From the IMG/VR virus record IMGVR_UViG_2857398645_000001: a stretch of 64,000 nt of DNA. The stretch is one strand, 5' to 3'. Of the stretch, positions 55,489-64,000 are shown piece after piece. The translations under genes and the position numbers were made by a program. The stretch comes from a virus. Its lineage: Duplodnaviria > Caudoviricetes. The notes below the pieces were generated by a model. The model saw only the letters and a program-made list of their open reading frames with translations. It was not told where the DNA came from and made no database searches. Position 1 is the first letter of the stretch, and each line of letters opens with the position of its first letter.

Positions 55489-55908
55489 TCAGGAAGCGGA
55501 CTTGTGCGCGTTGTAGAGCGCTATGGCGTCCGGGCGCTCCCAGAACGTTTCGATCACGCCGGACCGGGATGCGTACAGCGCGTCCAGGCGGTCATAGCTG
55601 GAGCCGACCCACCGGGCGAGCTCGGGGCTGTGAAAGCGGGGCCGGTAGTGCTCAGCGGCGTAGTCGAACCCCTCGTCCTCGGCTTTCCTGACGAAGGCCA
55701 CGAGCTCCATGAAGTCGTAGTCCGACAGTTCGAACTCGGCGGGGATGATCCACTGCTCGCGGACCTGCGCCCCGGTGAGCCCTTCGGCTCCGGTGGCGTT
55801 CGCGAGGTCGGCGAGCTGGGCGGCGGCGTCGCGCGCTTCGGTCTCGCTTGTGGCGGTGGGGGCGAGGATCCAGTTCACCAGCGTGTGCGTGGCGTTCTGC
55901 GGGTTCAT
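55489..55908 (-). CDS. Hypothetical protein
   Basis: GGAGA RBS. Confidence 0.65.
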   Translation of the reverse strand: MNPQNATHTLVNWILAPTATSETEARDAAAQLADLANATGAEGLTGAQVREQWIIPAEFELSDYDFMELVAFVRKAEDEGFDYAAEHYRPRFHSPELARWVGSSYDRLDALYASRSGVIETFWERPDAIALYNAHKSAS

Positions 55909-56029
55909 GGTGGGGGTGTCTCCGTTCGTGGGGTGGTGTGGGGCGGGTGCGCGCCGGGCTTCCCCTTACCGGCGCGCACCCGGGTAGGTGGGGGCCGCCT
56001 ACGGGAGCGGCGGCCCCGATCGTGGTGGT

Positions 56030-56497
56030 TTAGAACGGCGGGGTGTCGTCGGCCGCCTGCGCCCACTGGTCGGTGGCGGGCGCGCCGGTGCCGCCGGTCC
56101 GGCCGTAGCCCTGCCCCTGGCCGCCGCCCTGCCGCTGGGCCTTCGTCACGGTCGCGGTCGCCGACCGCAGCGCCGGGCCGACCTCTTCCACATCGACCTC
56201 GAAGACGGTGCGCTTGTCGCCGTCCTTGGTCTCATAGGAGCGCTGCTTGAGGCGGCCCTGCACGATCACCCGCATGCCCTTGGCCAGGGACTCGGCGACG
56301 TTCTCCGCGTAGGCCCGCCACACCGAGCAGGTGAGGAACAGCGACTCGCCGTCCCGCCACTCCCCGGACTGCTTGTCGAAGGTGCGGGGAGTGGAGGCGA
56401 CGCGGAAGTTCGCCACGGCCGCACCGTTGGGGGTGAAGCGGAGCTCAGGGTCGTCGACGAGGTTGCCGACGAGGGTCATCTGGGTTTCGCCCGCCAT
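56030..56497 (-). CDS. ssb: Single-stranded DNA-binding protein
   Basis: [33 protein letters not shown]. Confidence 0.97.
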   Translation of the reverse strand: MAGETQMTLVGNLVDDPELRFTPNGAAVANFRVASTPRTFDKQSGEWRDGESLFLTCSVWRAYAENVAESLAKGMRVIVQGRLKQRSYETKDGDKRTVFEVDVEEVGPALRSATATVTKAQRQGGGQGQGYGRTGGTGAPATDQWAQAADDTPPF

Positions 56498-56586
56498 TGG
56501 GGGTGCCTTTCTGTCTCTGGGTGCCCACGTTCTTGTTTGCGCAGGTCACCCCCGGATGTTGGCTTGGTTTCCAGCCGATCGCGTAA

Positions 56587-56645
56587 CCCGATCATATCAA
56601 GTTTGGCCAAACTTAGCCATACAGATTGAGAGTTTGGCCAAACTT
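56587..56645 (-). promoter_or_regulatory. Repressor-controlled promoter with two AAGTTTGGCCAAACTT operators
   Basis: Palindromes at 56599..56614 and 56631..56645; TATGAT -10 box. Confidence 0.85.
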
Positions 56646-56649
56646 CAGG

Positions 56650-57042
56650 CTACAACTTGGCTACCCCCTCGCCACCACCTGTACGCCGTAGATCCGACAC
56701 CGCCGACCATCCACCCGACGCGCCCAACCGGACCCACACCCCGCCCGCATACAGCACCGGAACCACCTCCGGGTCCGCAAACTGCCGCAGACGAAACCCC
56801 CGCCGCTCCGCCTCACGCGGATGCGCCTCGATCCACCCATGGCACCCCGTGGTCCCACTTCCGTGCACCAGCACCAGGTTCACCGCAGAATTCGCATCCC
56901 GCCTCCGCGTACCACCCATCCCCCGCGCCCGACGGTGCTGCAAACTGTGCCACCCCGGGGAGACACCCCCGCCGCACCAGGCGCACGCCCCGCCGTCGCG
57001 ATCCCACACCAGATCACGCACACGCTTCGTCGGCCCGCTCAC
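56650..57042 (-). CDS. HNH-like endonuclease
   Basis: RDGGACAWC, QHRRARGMGG, GTTGCHGWIE. Confidence 0.8.
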   Translation of the reverse strand: MSGPTKRVRDLVWDRDGGACAWCGGGVSPGWHSLQHRRARGMGGTRRRDANSAVNLVLVHGSGTTGCHGWIEAHPREAERRGFRLRQFADPEVVPVLYAGGVWVRLGASGGWSAVSDLRRTGGGEGVAKL

Positions 57043-57755
57043 CGAACCAACCTCCGGTCCTCGCCCGTCACCGCGACCCGGCCCCCGGCCGTCATCTCGA
57101 TCAACCGCCCGCCCGGCGCGTCCCCGAACACAGCAGTGAACTGCTTCAACGGAACATTCGTCGTGATGATCGTCGGCAGCATCACGTTGTACCGATGGTT
57201 GACAAGGCGGTACAGAATCTCCTCCGTCCACGCCGAGTCCTTAGCCCGCCCCAAGTCGTCCAGCAGCAGCCAGGGGGCGTCCATCAACCGGCGCAACCCC
57301 TGCTCACGCTCCTCACCACTCCCAGGCCTCAACTGGGCCAAAAGCTCCGGCCAGGACGCGAACTCCGCACCGAACCGCGGCAGCCCCGCCTCGGCCACCC
57401 GCCGCAACGCGCCGAACCCGGCGAAGGTCTTCCCGGTGCCGGTGGGCCCGTACAGCAGCAGCGACGGAACCGGGACCGGCTCCGATGTGGCGCGCGACCT
57501 CCACGAGGCCACCGCCGCCTCCACCCACGCCACAACTTCCGGCCGGTCGGAGGTGGCCGATCGGTACCGCAACGGGGTGACCCGCGCAAGAACGCGGCGG
57601 GCGTGCTCGACGCGCTGGCGGTGGTGGTAGTCGGGGTGACCGGGTTCATCCGGCGAAAGCGCTGGGGGCTCCTCTGCCGGATCGGCGATTTCGAGGGTGT
57701 CGCAGATCCGCTGGATGCGGGCGATAGCGCCGGTGGCGTCGAATCGGATTGTCAC
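57039..57755 (-). CDS. DnaC/IstB-like ATPase (helicase loader)
   Basis: GPTGTGKT, LLLDDLG, TIITTN. Confidence 0.9.
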   Translation of the reverse strand: MTIRFDATGAIARIQRICDTLEIADPAEEPPALSPDEPGHPDYHHRQRVEHARRVLARVTPLRYRSATSDRPEVVAWVEAAVASWRSRATSEPVPVPSLLLYGPTGTGKTFAGFGALRRVAEAGLPRFGAEFASWPELLAQLRPGSGEEREQGLRRLMDAPWLLLDDLGRAKDSAWTEEILYRLVNHRYNVMLPTIITTNVPLKQFTAVFGDAPGGRLIEMTAGGRVAVTGEDRRLVR

Positions 57756-58654
57756 GCAGGGCTCCCTTCGTTGGTGCCGTCGGCCCAGGGGTCGGCCCAC
57801 GGGTCGGGGTCGTCGCCGAAAGAGGTGGGATTGCGGTGGGGCTGGTGGACTTTGCGTGTCTTCGCCTCGTTCTCCGCGACAGACACGAAGTCGTCAGCCC
57901 ACGCCTCGCCGTTCAACCACGTCGCGGGGTTGCGGACGTAGCCCCGATCAACATCCGGCGACCGTTTGTAGTTCTCCAAGCCAGCCATGAGCTCGTCGAA
58001 GCTGGCCTTCTTGATGGCGGCCCGCCATGCTCGGCGCGCTTGCCCCTTGCTCACCTTCTTGGGGTACTGCGCCCACCAGGCGCAGAACTGGGGGTCGTCA
58101 TCGCTACCAGGCTCCGGCGGCTTGGGCTGGTGGGGGTCGGGTTCCGTGTCGGGCTCGCCTCCCGGCGTCAGCCGGGTTTGTGTGTATGTCTCCGTCTTCT
58201 TCTCTTCGTCTTCTTCCTCTACGTCTTCTTCAGGGGTCGCGTGTGCCGACCCCCGGGGGTCGGTGTGCTGACCCCCCGGGTCGCTATGCCGACCCCTGGG
58301 GTCGCCCTGCTGACCCCCCGGGTCGCTATGCCGACCCCCCTCCGTGTGGAAGGGCTCATTGAACGCGATCACGTACTCGTTGGTGGTCTGCCGGCCCCCA
58401 TCGAACCGGGGCTGCACCACCAGCGCACCCACCGCTTTCAGCTCCCGCACGTGGTCGATCACCGTGCTCTTAGCGACACCGAGGTCAGCCGCGAGCTTCT
58501 TGTAGCCGGGGATGGTGCGCTCATAGTGGCCGTAGCGGCCGTGCAGCCACGCGTAGGTGGCGATCGCTTGAAGGGACACGCCGGTTTCGAACAGCCACAA
58601 GGGGATGCGGGCGTACTTGGTTTCGGTGCTCCGGCCGCGGAGACCTTCGGGCAT
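57752..58654 (-). CDS. Replication initiator (N-terminal HTH, lambda O-like layout)
   Basis: PGYKKLAADLGVAKSTV; YPKKVSK; PATWLNGEAW; internal iterons. Confidence 0.85.
   Translation of the reverse strand: MPEGLRGRSTETKYARIPLWLFETGVSLQAIATYAWLHGRYGHYERTIPGYKKLAADLGVAKSTVIDHVRELKAVGALVVQPRFDGGRQTTNEYVIAFNEPFHTEGGRHSDPGGQQGDPRGRHSDPGGQHTDPRGSAHATPEEDVEEEDEEKKTETYTQTRLTPGGEPDTEPDPHQPKPPEPGSDDDPQFCAWWAQYPKKVSKGQARRAWRAAIKKASFDELMAGLENYKRSPDVDRGYVRNPATWLNGEAWADDFVSVAENEAKTRKVHQPHRNPTSFGDDPDPWADPWADGTNEGSPA
58245..58343. repeat. Iteron array (putative origin): about five 21-22 bp palindromic repeats
   Basis: GCYGACCCCnnGGG(G)TCG units in tandem inside the initiator gene. Confidence 0.75.
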
Positions 58655-58727
58655 TCAGATTCCTTCGAGAATCGTGGGTGGTGGTTCGGGAGGTCCGGCC
58701 GGTTCGGGAGACCGGCCGGGTGGTTCG

Positions 58728-59123
58728 CTACTGGTCGATGCGCGCTGCGATCCGCGCCAGCTGCCGCCTCGCCTCCTCCAGCTGCTCGATCAGGTGTTCG
58801 GGCTCCATACCGCCGCGCATGTTCAGGCCCAGGCGGTTCATGTTCCGGTCGAGGTTCGTGATCTCCAGGGCGGTGGTCCGGGCCCGGTTGTCCGGGTGGT
58901 CCGGGTGGTCCGTCCAGATGTGCGCGATCGCGCGCAGATCCGGGCAGGAACCGACACGCTTCGCCGCACCGCCCTTCAGCGGGTCGTAGCCGCACCCCTG
59001 GCAGTCGGCGTCGTCGTTGGCGCGGTCGCCTTCGTGGTTGTCGAAGATGGTGCGGAGTGCCCGGTAGGCGGGGAGGTCCGGCGCCTCGTCGAGGCGGTCC
59101 GCGAGGAAGTCACGGATGGTCAT
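58728..59123 (-). CDS. Hypothetical protein
   Basis: FLADRLDE..CPDLRAIAHIWTDHPD. Confidence 0.6.
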   Translation of the reverse strand: MTIRDFLADRLDEAPDLPAYRALRTIFDNHEGDRANDDADCQGCGYDPLKGGAAKRVGSCPDLRAIAHIWTDHPDHPDNRARTTALEITNLDRNMNRLGLNMRGGMEPEHLIEQLEEARRQLARIAARIDQ

Positions 59124-59153
59124 CAGGGTGGTTTCCGATCGGTTCGCAGATGG

Positions 59154-59522
59154 TCAGCAGCGGGGGCAGGAGTCGGTGAGCCGGTACTGGTGCGTGCAGT
59201 AGGTGCTGTTCGCCAGAGCCCGGCCGGGGCCGCAGATGTGGTACGCGGGGTACCGGTCGACGTCGGCCTGGGTGATGCGGGCGGGGGCCGGGTCGGGGTG
59301 GGGGTCGGTGGCCCAGCTGAAGTTCTGGTAGCGGGCGGGGTGGTGCTCGCTGAGGAGTGCCCTGCCGGACAGGGTGAGGTAGAGGGCTCTGTCGGGGCGG
59401 TGGCGGGCGAAGCCCTGCCGCACCAGAGGTACGGTTGAAGCGTTGTCGGCGAGCCGTCCGTGGCGGTCCGCTGTCGCGGCGATGGTTCGTGCTGCCTGGT
59501 CGTGGGAGGTGTTGGTGTTCAT
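59154..59522 (-). CDS. Hypothetical protein with C-terminal Cys/His cluster
   Basis: AAGGAAG RBS; YCTHQY..SCPRC. Confidence 0.6.
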   Translation of the reverse strand: MNTNTSHDQAARTIAATADRHGRLADNASTVPLVRQGFARHRPDRALYLTLSGRALLSEHHPARYQNFSWATDPHPDPAPARITQADVDRYPAYHICGPGRALANSTYCTHQYRLTDSCPRC

Positions 59523-59654
59523 GGTGTGCTTCCTTGTTGTGGGGGGGGTGAGTGGACACCCCAGAACAGCGCTTCCCTGTAGCGCTACATTGTTGCGCAT
59601 CAGAGTAGCGAGCCAAGCGGGCAACCGCAACAAAGTTGCGCTACCCTGTTGCGC

Positions 59655-59894
59655 ATGAGCCAGGTGGACGAAGCACTAGACGCCCTCAGCAAGAGCACCC
59701 TCCGATACCAGCGCACCGAAAAGGAGCACGAGAAATCACGCGAGACGTCCATCGCCGACGTGGTCGCGGCCCTACGCGCCGGCGCGCGCCCCACCGACGT
59801 TGTGAACCGATCACCGTTCAGCCCCGCATACGTGCGCAAGCTCGCACGCGAACACGGCATCGAACCGGCGACCAAGAAGGAAGGCGACGCGTGA
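59655..59894 (+). CDS. Small HTH DNA-binding protein, probably leaderless
   Basis: RPTDVVNRSPFSPAYVRKLAREHGI; TACCCT 7 nt before ATG. Confidence 0.7.
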   Translation: MSQVDEALDALSKSTLRYQRTEKEHEKSRETSIADVVAALRAGARPTDVVNRSPFSPAYVRKLAREHGIEPATKKEGDA

Positions 59895-59912
59895 CCAAGG
59901 CCGCCGAGCCGA

Positions 59913-60176
59913 CTACAAGGCCCCTGCCCCCGCGCGTCGCGCCCGCGCCATGACCCGCTGCACCGTCCGGCACGACACACCACACCGGGCCGCCGCAACC
60001 GCATATGACCCGCCCGACCGCAGCACCATCAGAACGTCCTCCACCAGCAACGCATGAGAGGTCGGCCACTCGCCGAGCCGACCCGCCGCGGCTTCGCGCC
60101 GGTGGCACGCTGTGATCAACCCGCGGCCTCTCAGGAGGCCGACCTTCCCGCAGCAGGCGCACTCCGTCCGCCTCAC
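59913..60176 (-). CDS. Zinc finger plus HTH protein
   Basis: CACC..RGLITAC; AAARCGVSCRTVQR. Confidence 0.6.
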   Translation of the reverse strand: MRRTECACCGKVGLLRGRGLITACHRREAAAGRLGEWPTSHALLVEDVLMVLRSGGSYAVAAARCGVSCRTVQRVMARARRAGAGAL

Positions 60177-60646
60177 ACCGCACCTGCCACGGCCGGGCGG
60201 TGGTACAGGCACCCGCAGCCCGGGCGCACACACCGGCCGTCCTCGCCGATGTGCTCCGTCTCGTCGTGCCCGCACCGGCACCTGCGCGACGCCATCACGA
60301 TGAGCCGCAGCTGCCCACCGGGAATCTTGTGGGCGGGGTACATGTGCGGCCCGGACACGTGCAGGTGGTCATCGTCGGGCACAACCCCGGCGTCGACCAG
60401 CGCGCCGTCCACTGCCGCCTTGAAGCTCGGGTAGAAGTTGGCCGAGTCGAAGCGGCGGTTCGCCGCCGGGTGCACGTACCCGAGCACGAACGCCTCCCCC
60501 AGGTACGGGACGCGGGCGGCCAGCGACGCGATCATCGCTTCGTGGCGGAGACGGCGTGTGGCACGCGCCCGGGGGTGGTGGTGGAGGCGTTGGTTGGAGT
60601 TCAGGAGTGGAAGCCCGGCCGGGAGCTCGATCTCCCACACGCTCAC
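60173..60646 (-). CDS. RusA-like Holliday junction resolvase
   Basis: LNSNQRLH, RRFDSAN, KAAVDGALVDAGVVPDD. Confidence 0.8.
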   Translation of the reverse strand: MSVWEIELPAGLPLLNSNQRLHHHPRARATRRLRHEAMIASLAARVPYLGEAFVLGYVHPAANRRFDSANFYPSFKAAVDGALVDAGVVPDDDHLHVSGPHMYPAHKIPGGQLRLIVMASRRCRCGHDETEHIGEDGRCVRPGCGCLYHRPAVAGAV

Positions 60647-60993
60647 GCCGCCTCCCTGATGGACGAGGCTGTACCGACCCATTCCCGGCACATCGAACCC
60701 TTGGCTCCCGGCCGCCGCGATGGTTGACCACCGGTCGGCGAATGCTCGATCACCCCGGCCTTGCGCATGGCCGACAGCAGTGCACCCCATTGCTTGGCTC
60801 CGTTGCCCGGCTCCTCCACCCCGAACCGGGTCACGATGTCGTAGGCCTGGAACGGTTTCCCCTCACGGGCGAGCTGGGCGACCGCGGAGGAAGCGCGCGA
60901 CCACCAGTCCGGCGAAGCGGCGCGCGCCGTCTCCGCCAGGCCAGGGTTCACCTCCGCGATCGCGTCGGCCAGGGAGAGCTGTTCACCGCTCAT
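60643..60993 (-). CDS. Hypothetical protein
   Basis: FQAYD..WGAL..AGVI motif; coupled ORF. Confidence 0.6.
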   Translation of the reverse strand: MSGEQLSLADAIAEVNPGLAETARAASPDWWSRASSAVAQLAREGKPFQAYDIVTRFGVEEPGNGAKQWGALLSAMRKAGVIEHSPTGGQPSRRPGAKGSMCREWVGTASSIREAA

Positions 60994-61346
60994 GCGGCAC
61001 CTCCGTACCCGGCCAGCGATACCTCGGCCCGCACGGTCGCGATCTTCGTCCGGCCCACGTCGATTCGGGTGTGCAGGGCGCGGATGTGCGCCTTCTGCGC
61101 CGTCACCACGGCGGCCGCCTCACCCCACGTGCGGAATAGCTGGTCGCATGCCTCGACCGCGGCCATCTTCCTGGCCTCTACTGACCCCACCGCGTCGCGA
61201 AACGCTCGCGCCTGCGCCAGCTTGTAGTCGGCCTCGGCGTGCACAGCGGTCACCTCGTGCTTTTCGAGGTCGGACACGGCCTCTCCGAGCGCGAGCGTGA
61301 GAGCACCGAGATGCTCGATATTGCGGATGTTCTCCGGTGTCGACAC
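60990..61346 (-). CDS. Coiled-coil hypothetical protein
   Basis: GAGG RBS; helical pattern. Confidence 0.6.
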   Translation of the reverse strand: MSTPENIRNIEHLGALTLALGEAVSDLEKHEVTAVHAEADYKLAQARAFRDAVGSVEARKMAAVEACDQLFRTWGEAAAVVTAQKAHIRALHTRIDVGRTKIATVRAEVSLAGYGGAA

Positions 61347-61566
61347 GTGCGCCTCCTACTCCTCGTCCTGGCTTGGGGATGCGGGCTGGTTGTGGCCCCA
61401 CTGCGGGGCGTGCGGATCGCTCACCCACTCCGACCACGCCGGTTCCAAGAACGGCGCGCAGAGGGGGCGGGGCAGGGTCTTCGGGGCAGGGCTCAACACG
61501 GCCTCCAACGCGAGAGGGAAGAAGAAGGGGGCGGCCGGACAGCAGCCGCCCCCGAACGGAAGGTGG

Positions 61567-61902
61567 CTAGTCGACAGCGATGACCGTGGGAAACATCGAC
61601 CACATCGGCATCCGGTGGCCTACCGTCGTCACCCGGTGGGTAGCGCCGGGTTCGATACGGGACCACACGTCGGCAGCGGAGAAGTGTGCGCGAAGGGCCA
61701 CGTCAGCAACGGTGAGCGTCCCGCACTCTTGGGTGTACACGCGGTACGTGCCGTCGTCACCACCGCGGTCTTTGCCGGTGATCGTGCAGGTGTGAACGGT
61801 GGCGGGATAGGCCTGGGAAATGTTCCACGCCAGGGCGGCCAGGACGATCACGAGCACACCCAACTCGGGCAGGTAGGCACCCGCGGAGCGGCGATGTGTC
61901 AT
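61567..61902 (-). CDS. Membrane-anchored OB-fold-like protein
   Basis: TM helix then TCTITGKDR..YRVYTQECG..GHRMPMWSMFP. Confidence 0.65.
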   Translation of the reverse strand: MTHRRSAGAYLPELGVLVIVLAALAWNISQAYPATVHTCTITGKDRGGDDGTYRVYTQECGTLTVADVALRAHFSAADVWSRIEPGATHRVTTVGHRMPMWSMFPTVIAVD

Positions 61903-62123
61903 GTCGTAGCCTCCTGGGCCTTCGCCGCGACACACGCGTGCCCGGCGAGGTAGGTGACCAGCCCCGCGAGCATGCGCCCGGAGTCGACATGTCCAACGGT
62001 GTGGCCGCAGCGTCGGCAGTAGTGGGTCGAGCCGCCGCCCACGCCCACGACGGCGTCCACGGTCGGGGGTGATGCGGGGTCGACGGTGCGCGGGTCAGTG
62101 CGCGCAGGAAGGTCACGCGGCAC
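61899..62123 (-). CDS. Small zinc-binding protein
   Basis: YCRRC..HAC; coupled ORF. Confidence 0.45.
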   Translation of the reverse strand: MPRDLPARTDPRTVDPASPPTVDAVVGVGGGSTHYCRRCGHTVGHVDSGRMLAGLVTYLAGHACVAAKAQEATT

Positions 62124-62286
62124 GAAGGGCCTCCCGTTCCTCGGTGCCGTGCGCCTCGTTGAGTGCGGCCCGGTAGGCGGGGATGAAGATCGGGCGGATG
62201 CGTTCCAGGGCCGTGGCTGACAGGGGCGGCTGGTCCTCGACCCAGGCCTGGCGGGCGGCTTCGTACACCTCGGGGTCAAGCAGCAC
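62113..62286 (-). CDS. Small hypothetical protein
   Basis: AAGGAGG RBS; PPLSATALERI. Confidence 0.55.
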   Translation of the reverse strand: MLLDPEVYEAARQAWVEDQPPLSATALERIRPIFIPAYRAALNEAHGTEEREALRAA

Positions 62287-62533
62287 GGTTGGCCCCCTCC
62301 TTGGTGAGCAGAGCGCCGGGTTGCAGGTCGAGGGCGGCGATGACCGCGGCGTAGATCTGCCGACTGATCGGGCGTTCGCCTTCCTCGACCTTGTAGAGGT
62401 GCGAGGCGCTGTAGCCAACCCGCTCGGCGAGTGACCGCATGGGGATGCCGCGCTTCCGGCGGACGTGGTGCAGAGCGTCGGGGTCGAACGCGGCTAGGTC
62501 CAGGGGGCCGCGGTTGACTGTTGGGTGAGGCAT
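62276..62533 (-). CDS. Cro-like XRE protein
   Basis: LAERVGYSASHLYKVEEG; divergent from the repressor. Confidence 0.85.
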   Translation of the reverse strand: MPHPTVNRGPLDLAAFDPDALHHVRRKRGIPMRSLAERVGYSASHLYKVEEGERPISRQIYAAVIAALDLQPGALLTKEGANRAA

Positions 62534-62539
62534 GGGGGT

Positions 62540-62705
62540 GACAGTAGATTAAGTTTGGCCAAACTTTCAACTCGACCCAGAATTTTTGCCCAAACTCGTG
62601 GGTCTTCGCAGGCCAGAGGGGTGATGTGGCAGAAGTTACGCAGGCGAACGTTGGTTCACCCATCGAACGTGCGGCTAAATTTGGCCAAATTCAGGTAGCA
62701 TCCGT
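62540..62705. promoter_or_regulatory. Lysis/lysogeny switch: divergent promoters with three operators
   Basis: AAGTTTGGCCAAACTT at 62551, variants near 62581 and 62677; TTGAAA-18-TACTGT (minus); TAGCAT 7 nt before the repressor ATG. Confidence 0.85.
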
Positions 62706-62708
62706 CAC

Positions 62709-63419
62709 ATGATGCCCACGGACCCACCCCCCCAGCCTCATCACCGATCACCCGAGGCACAGCGACTAGACCACCACCTGAACGCCTCCCGCGAACGCCA
62801 AGGCCTCAGCTGGGCGGCGTTCGCACGCAAAGGCGGCATCTCCGAAGAGGCCCTACGCTACATCCGCACCGGAGAACGCAAAGCCCGCCAGTCCAGCATC
62901 GAGCGGATCGAACGCGCAGCCGGATGGGCACCCGGCGGCTTCGAAGACGCATTGAACGGCCGCACCCCCCGCCCCGCCCAACCATCCGATCACTATAAAA
63001 TCGAACAGGTCGCCGAACGCCTTGTCTTCCTCTTCAACAACGTCCGGAAAGACAAGCACGGGAACCTGCACACCCCCGAAGAGGTCTCAGAAGCCCTCGC
63101 GCGCACCAAACTCGAAGTCTCCCCCACCGACCTCGACAACATCATGACCGCCGCCAAGGAGGCCCCACTACTCAGCAACGAGGCCCTGGAAGGAATCGCC
63201 CGAGTCTTCAAAGTCGATAAGAGCTACTTCACAGACGACCACGTCGCAGAATCCGTGCGCTCCCAAATTCGGTTCGTCAACCGACTCCAGGACGAAGGCG
63301 TCCAACAGATCGCCATGCGAACCGAAGGACTGTCTGATCAATCAAGGCAACTCATCATCGGCATGCTCGACCGCGCACGCGAAGCAGAGGGGTTGCCGAA
63401 AATAGAAAACAACGAATAA
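62709..63419 (+). CDS. Immunity repressor with two HTH-like domains
   Basis: N-terminal XRE (GLSWAAFARKGGISEEALRYIRTG); second domain ERLVFLF..IARVFKVDKSYF..IAMRTEGLS. Confidence 0.85.
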   Translation: MMPTDPPPQPHHRSPEAQRLDHHLNASRERQGLSWAAFARKGGISEEALRYIRTGERKARQSSIERIERAAGWAPGGFEDALNGRTPRPAQPSDHYKIEQVAERLVFLFNNVRKDKHGNLHTPEEVSEALARTKLEVSPTDLDNIMTAAKEAPLLSNEALEGIARVFKVDKSYFTDDHVAESVRSQIRFVNRLQDEGVQQIAMRTEGLSDQSRQLIIGMLDRAREAEGLPKIENNE

Positions 63420-63481
63420 CAGACGAAACCAAACCGAATGAAGGCGCAACCCCTATCATTCGGCCTAGAAAGCCTCCCCCG

Positions 63482-64000
63482 TTGCGAACCAACGACCTGA
63501 TCCTAGGGCAACGCTGCAAAAGACTCATCCGACAAGTCACCGGCAGCAACAGCATCCGCACCATCGATGAACTCGTCCAACAGTTCTCCGAACGAAACGG
63601 GCGCAGCATCACCCTAATCCCAGTCCAAACCCCCGCAGCAACCCCCTGCGGCCTATGGATCAGCACCCAACACGAAGACCGCATCTACTACGAAGAACGC
63701 ACCTCACCACTCCACCGCCACCAGATCATCGGCCACGAACTCGGCCACCTCGCTTTCAACCACCAAAGCAACAACCAATCCGCAATCGACCTCCACGCCG
63801 CCCAGCTCCTCATGCCCAACCTCGACCCCGAACTCATCCGCCAGATGTTCGGGCGCACCTACTTCGACGCACCACAAGAACGCGAAGCCGAAGCATTCGC
63901 CGCAGTAGCAATCAAAATGATTGCCCGCAACAGCAACACCCCCCGAAATAAAGACTGCGCAACCGAACGATTCACCCAAGCAGTTGAAGGGGGATTCTGA
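63482..64000 (+). CDS. ImmA/IrrE-like metallopeptidase (anti-repressor candidate)
   Basis: PCGLW, IIGHELGH (HExxH), EREAEAFA. Confidence 0.85.
   Translation: MRTNDLILGQRCKRLIRQVTGSNSIRTIDELVQQFSERNGRSITLIPVQTPAATPCGLWISTQHEDRIYYEERTSPLHRHQIIGHELGHLAFNHQSNNQSAIDLHAAQLLMPNLDPELIRQMFGRTYFDAPQEREAEAFAAVAIKMIARNSNTPRNKDCATERFTQAVEGGF

Larger units (their letters stand above)
1..64000. mobile_element. Temperate siphovirus-type prophage (or phage genome segment), both ends outside or at the window edges
   Basis: Continuous lysis-tail-head-packaging-accessory-replication-immunity gene order; no host housekeeping genes recognised. Confidence 0.95.

Noticed and set aside
46985-55985. Other GC-rich intergenic hairpins (near 46988, 48890, 50945, 51960, 53840, 55945) as members of the ACGGGAA family
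   Set aside because: Loops are unrelated in sequence; treated as generic terminators or stabilising stems
58245-58343. Tandem palindromic repeats as a CRISPR or novel element
   Set aside because: No spacers; they lie inside the replication initiator, where iterons are expected
63420-64000. Integrase or prophage boundary
   Set aside because: None visible; the window ends at the peptidase stop, so integration genes probably lie outside

Overview
This window is about 64 kb of a temperate siphovirus-type prophage from a high-GC actinomycete. The host group is an inference from the gene families. Almost all phage genes are on the minus strand. Read right to left it carries: an immunity switch (ImmA-like peptidase, two-domain repressor, Cro, AAGTTTGGCCAAACTT operators); replication and recombination genes (initiator with iterons, DnaC-like ATPase, SSB, Rad52-like annealase, RusA-like, DEDDh exonuclease, RNA ligase); a long accessory region; a C5 methylase and an aberrant tRNA; HNH/terminase (TerL with a class 3 intein); HK97-type head; tail; and endolysin. 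No integrase or att site is visible. The most notable observations are four. (1) A circularly permuted stand-alone Ig-like (Big_2) gene follows the major tail gene, and its missing first strand is encoded both at its own C-terminus and in the -1 frame at the end of the major tail gene, suggesting Ig fibres built by donor-strand complementation. (2) A cassette-like array of small early genes shares a repeated promoter and a covarying 5' hairpin with an invariant ACGGGAA(A/C) loop. (3) Two different PIMT-type RiPP loci (imiditide-like and cysimiditide-like) have short precursors missed by the ORF track. (4) Several morons and putative defence genes are present. All product calls come from motif recognition by eye; no searches were run.
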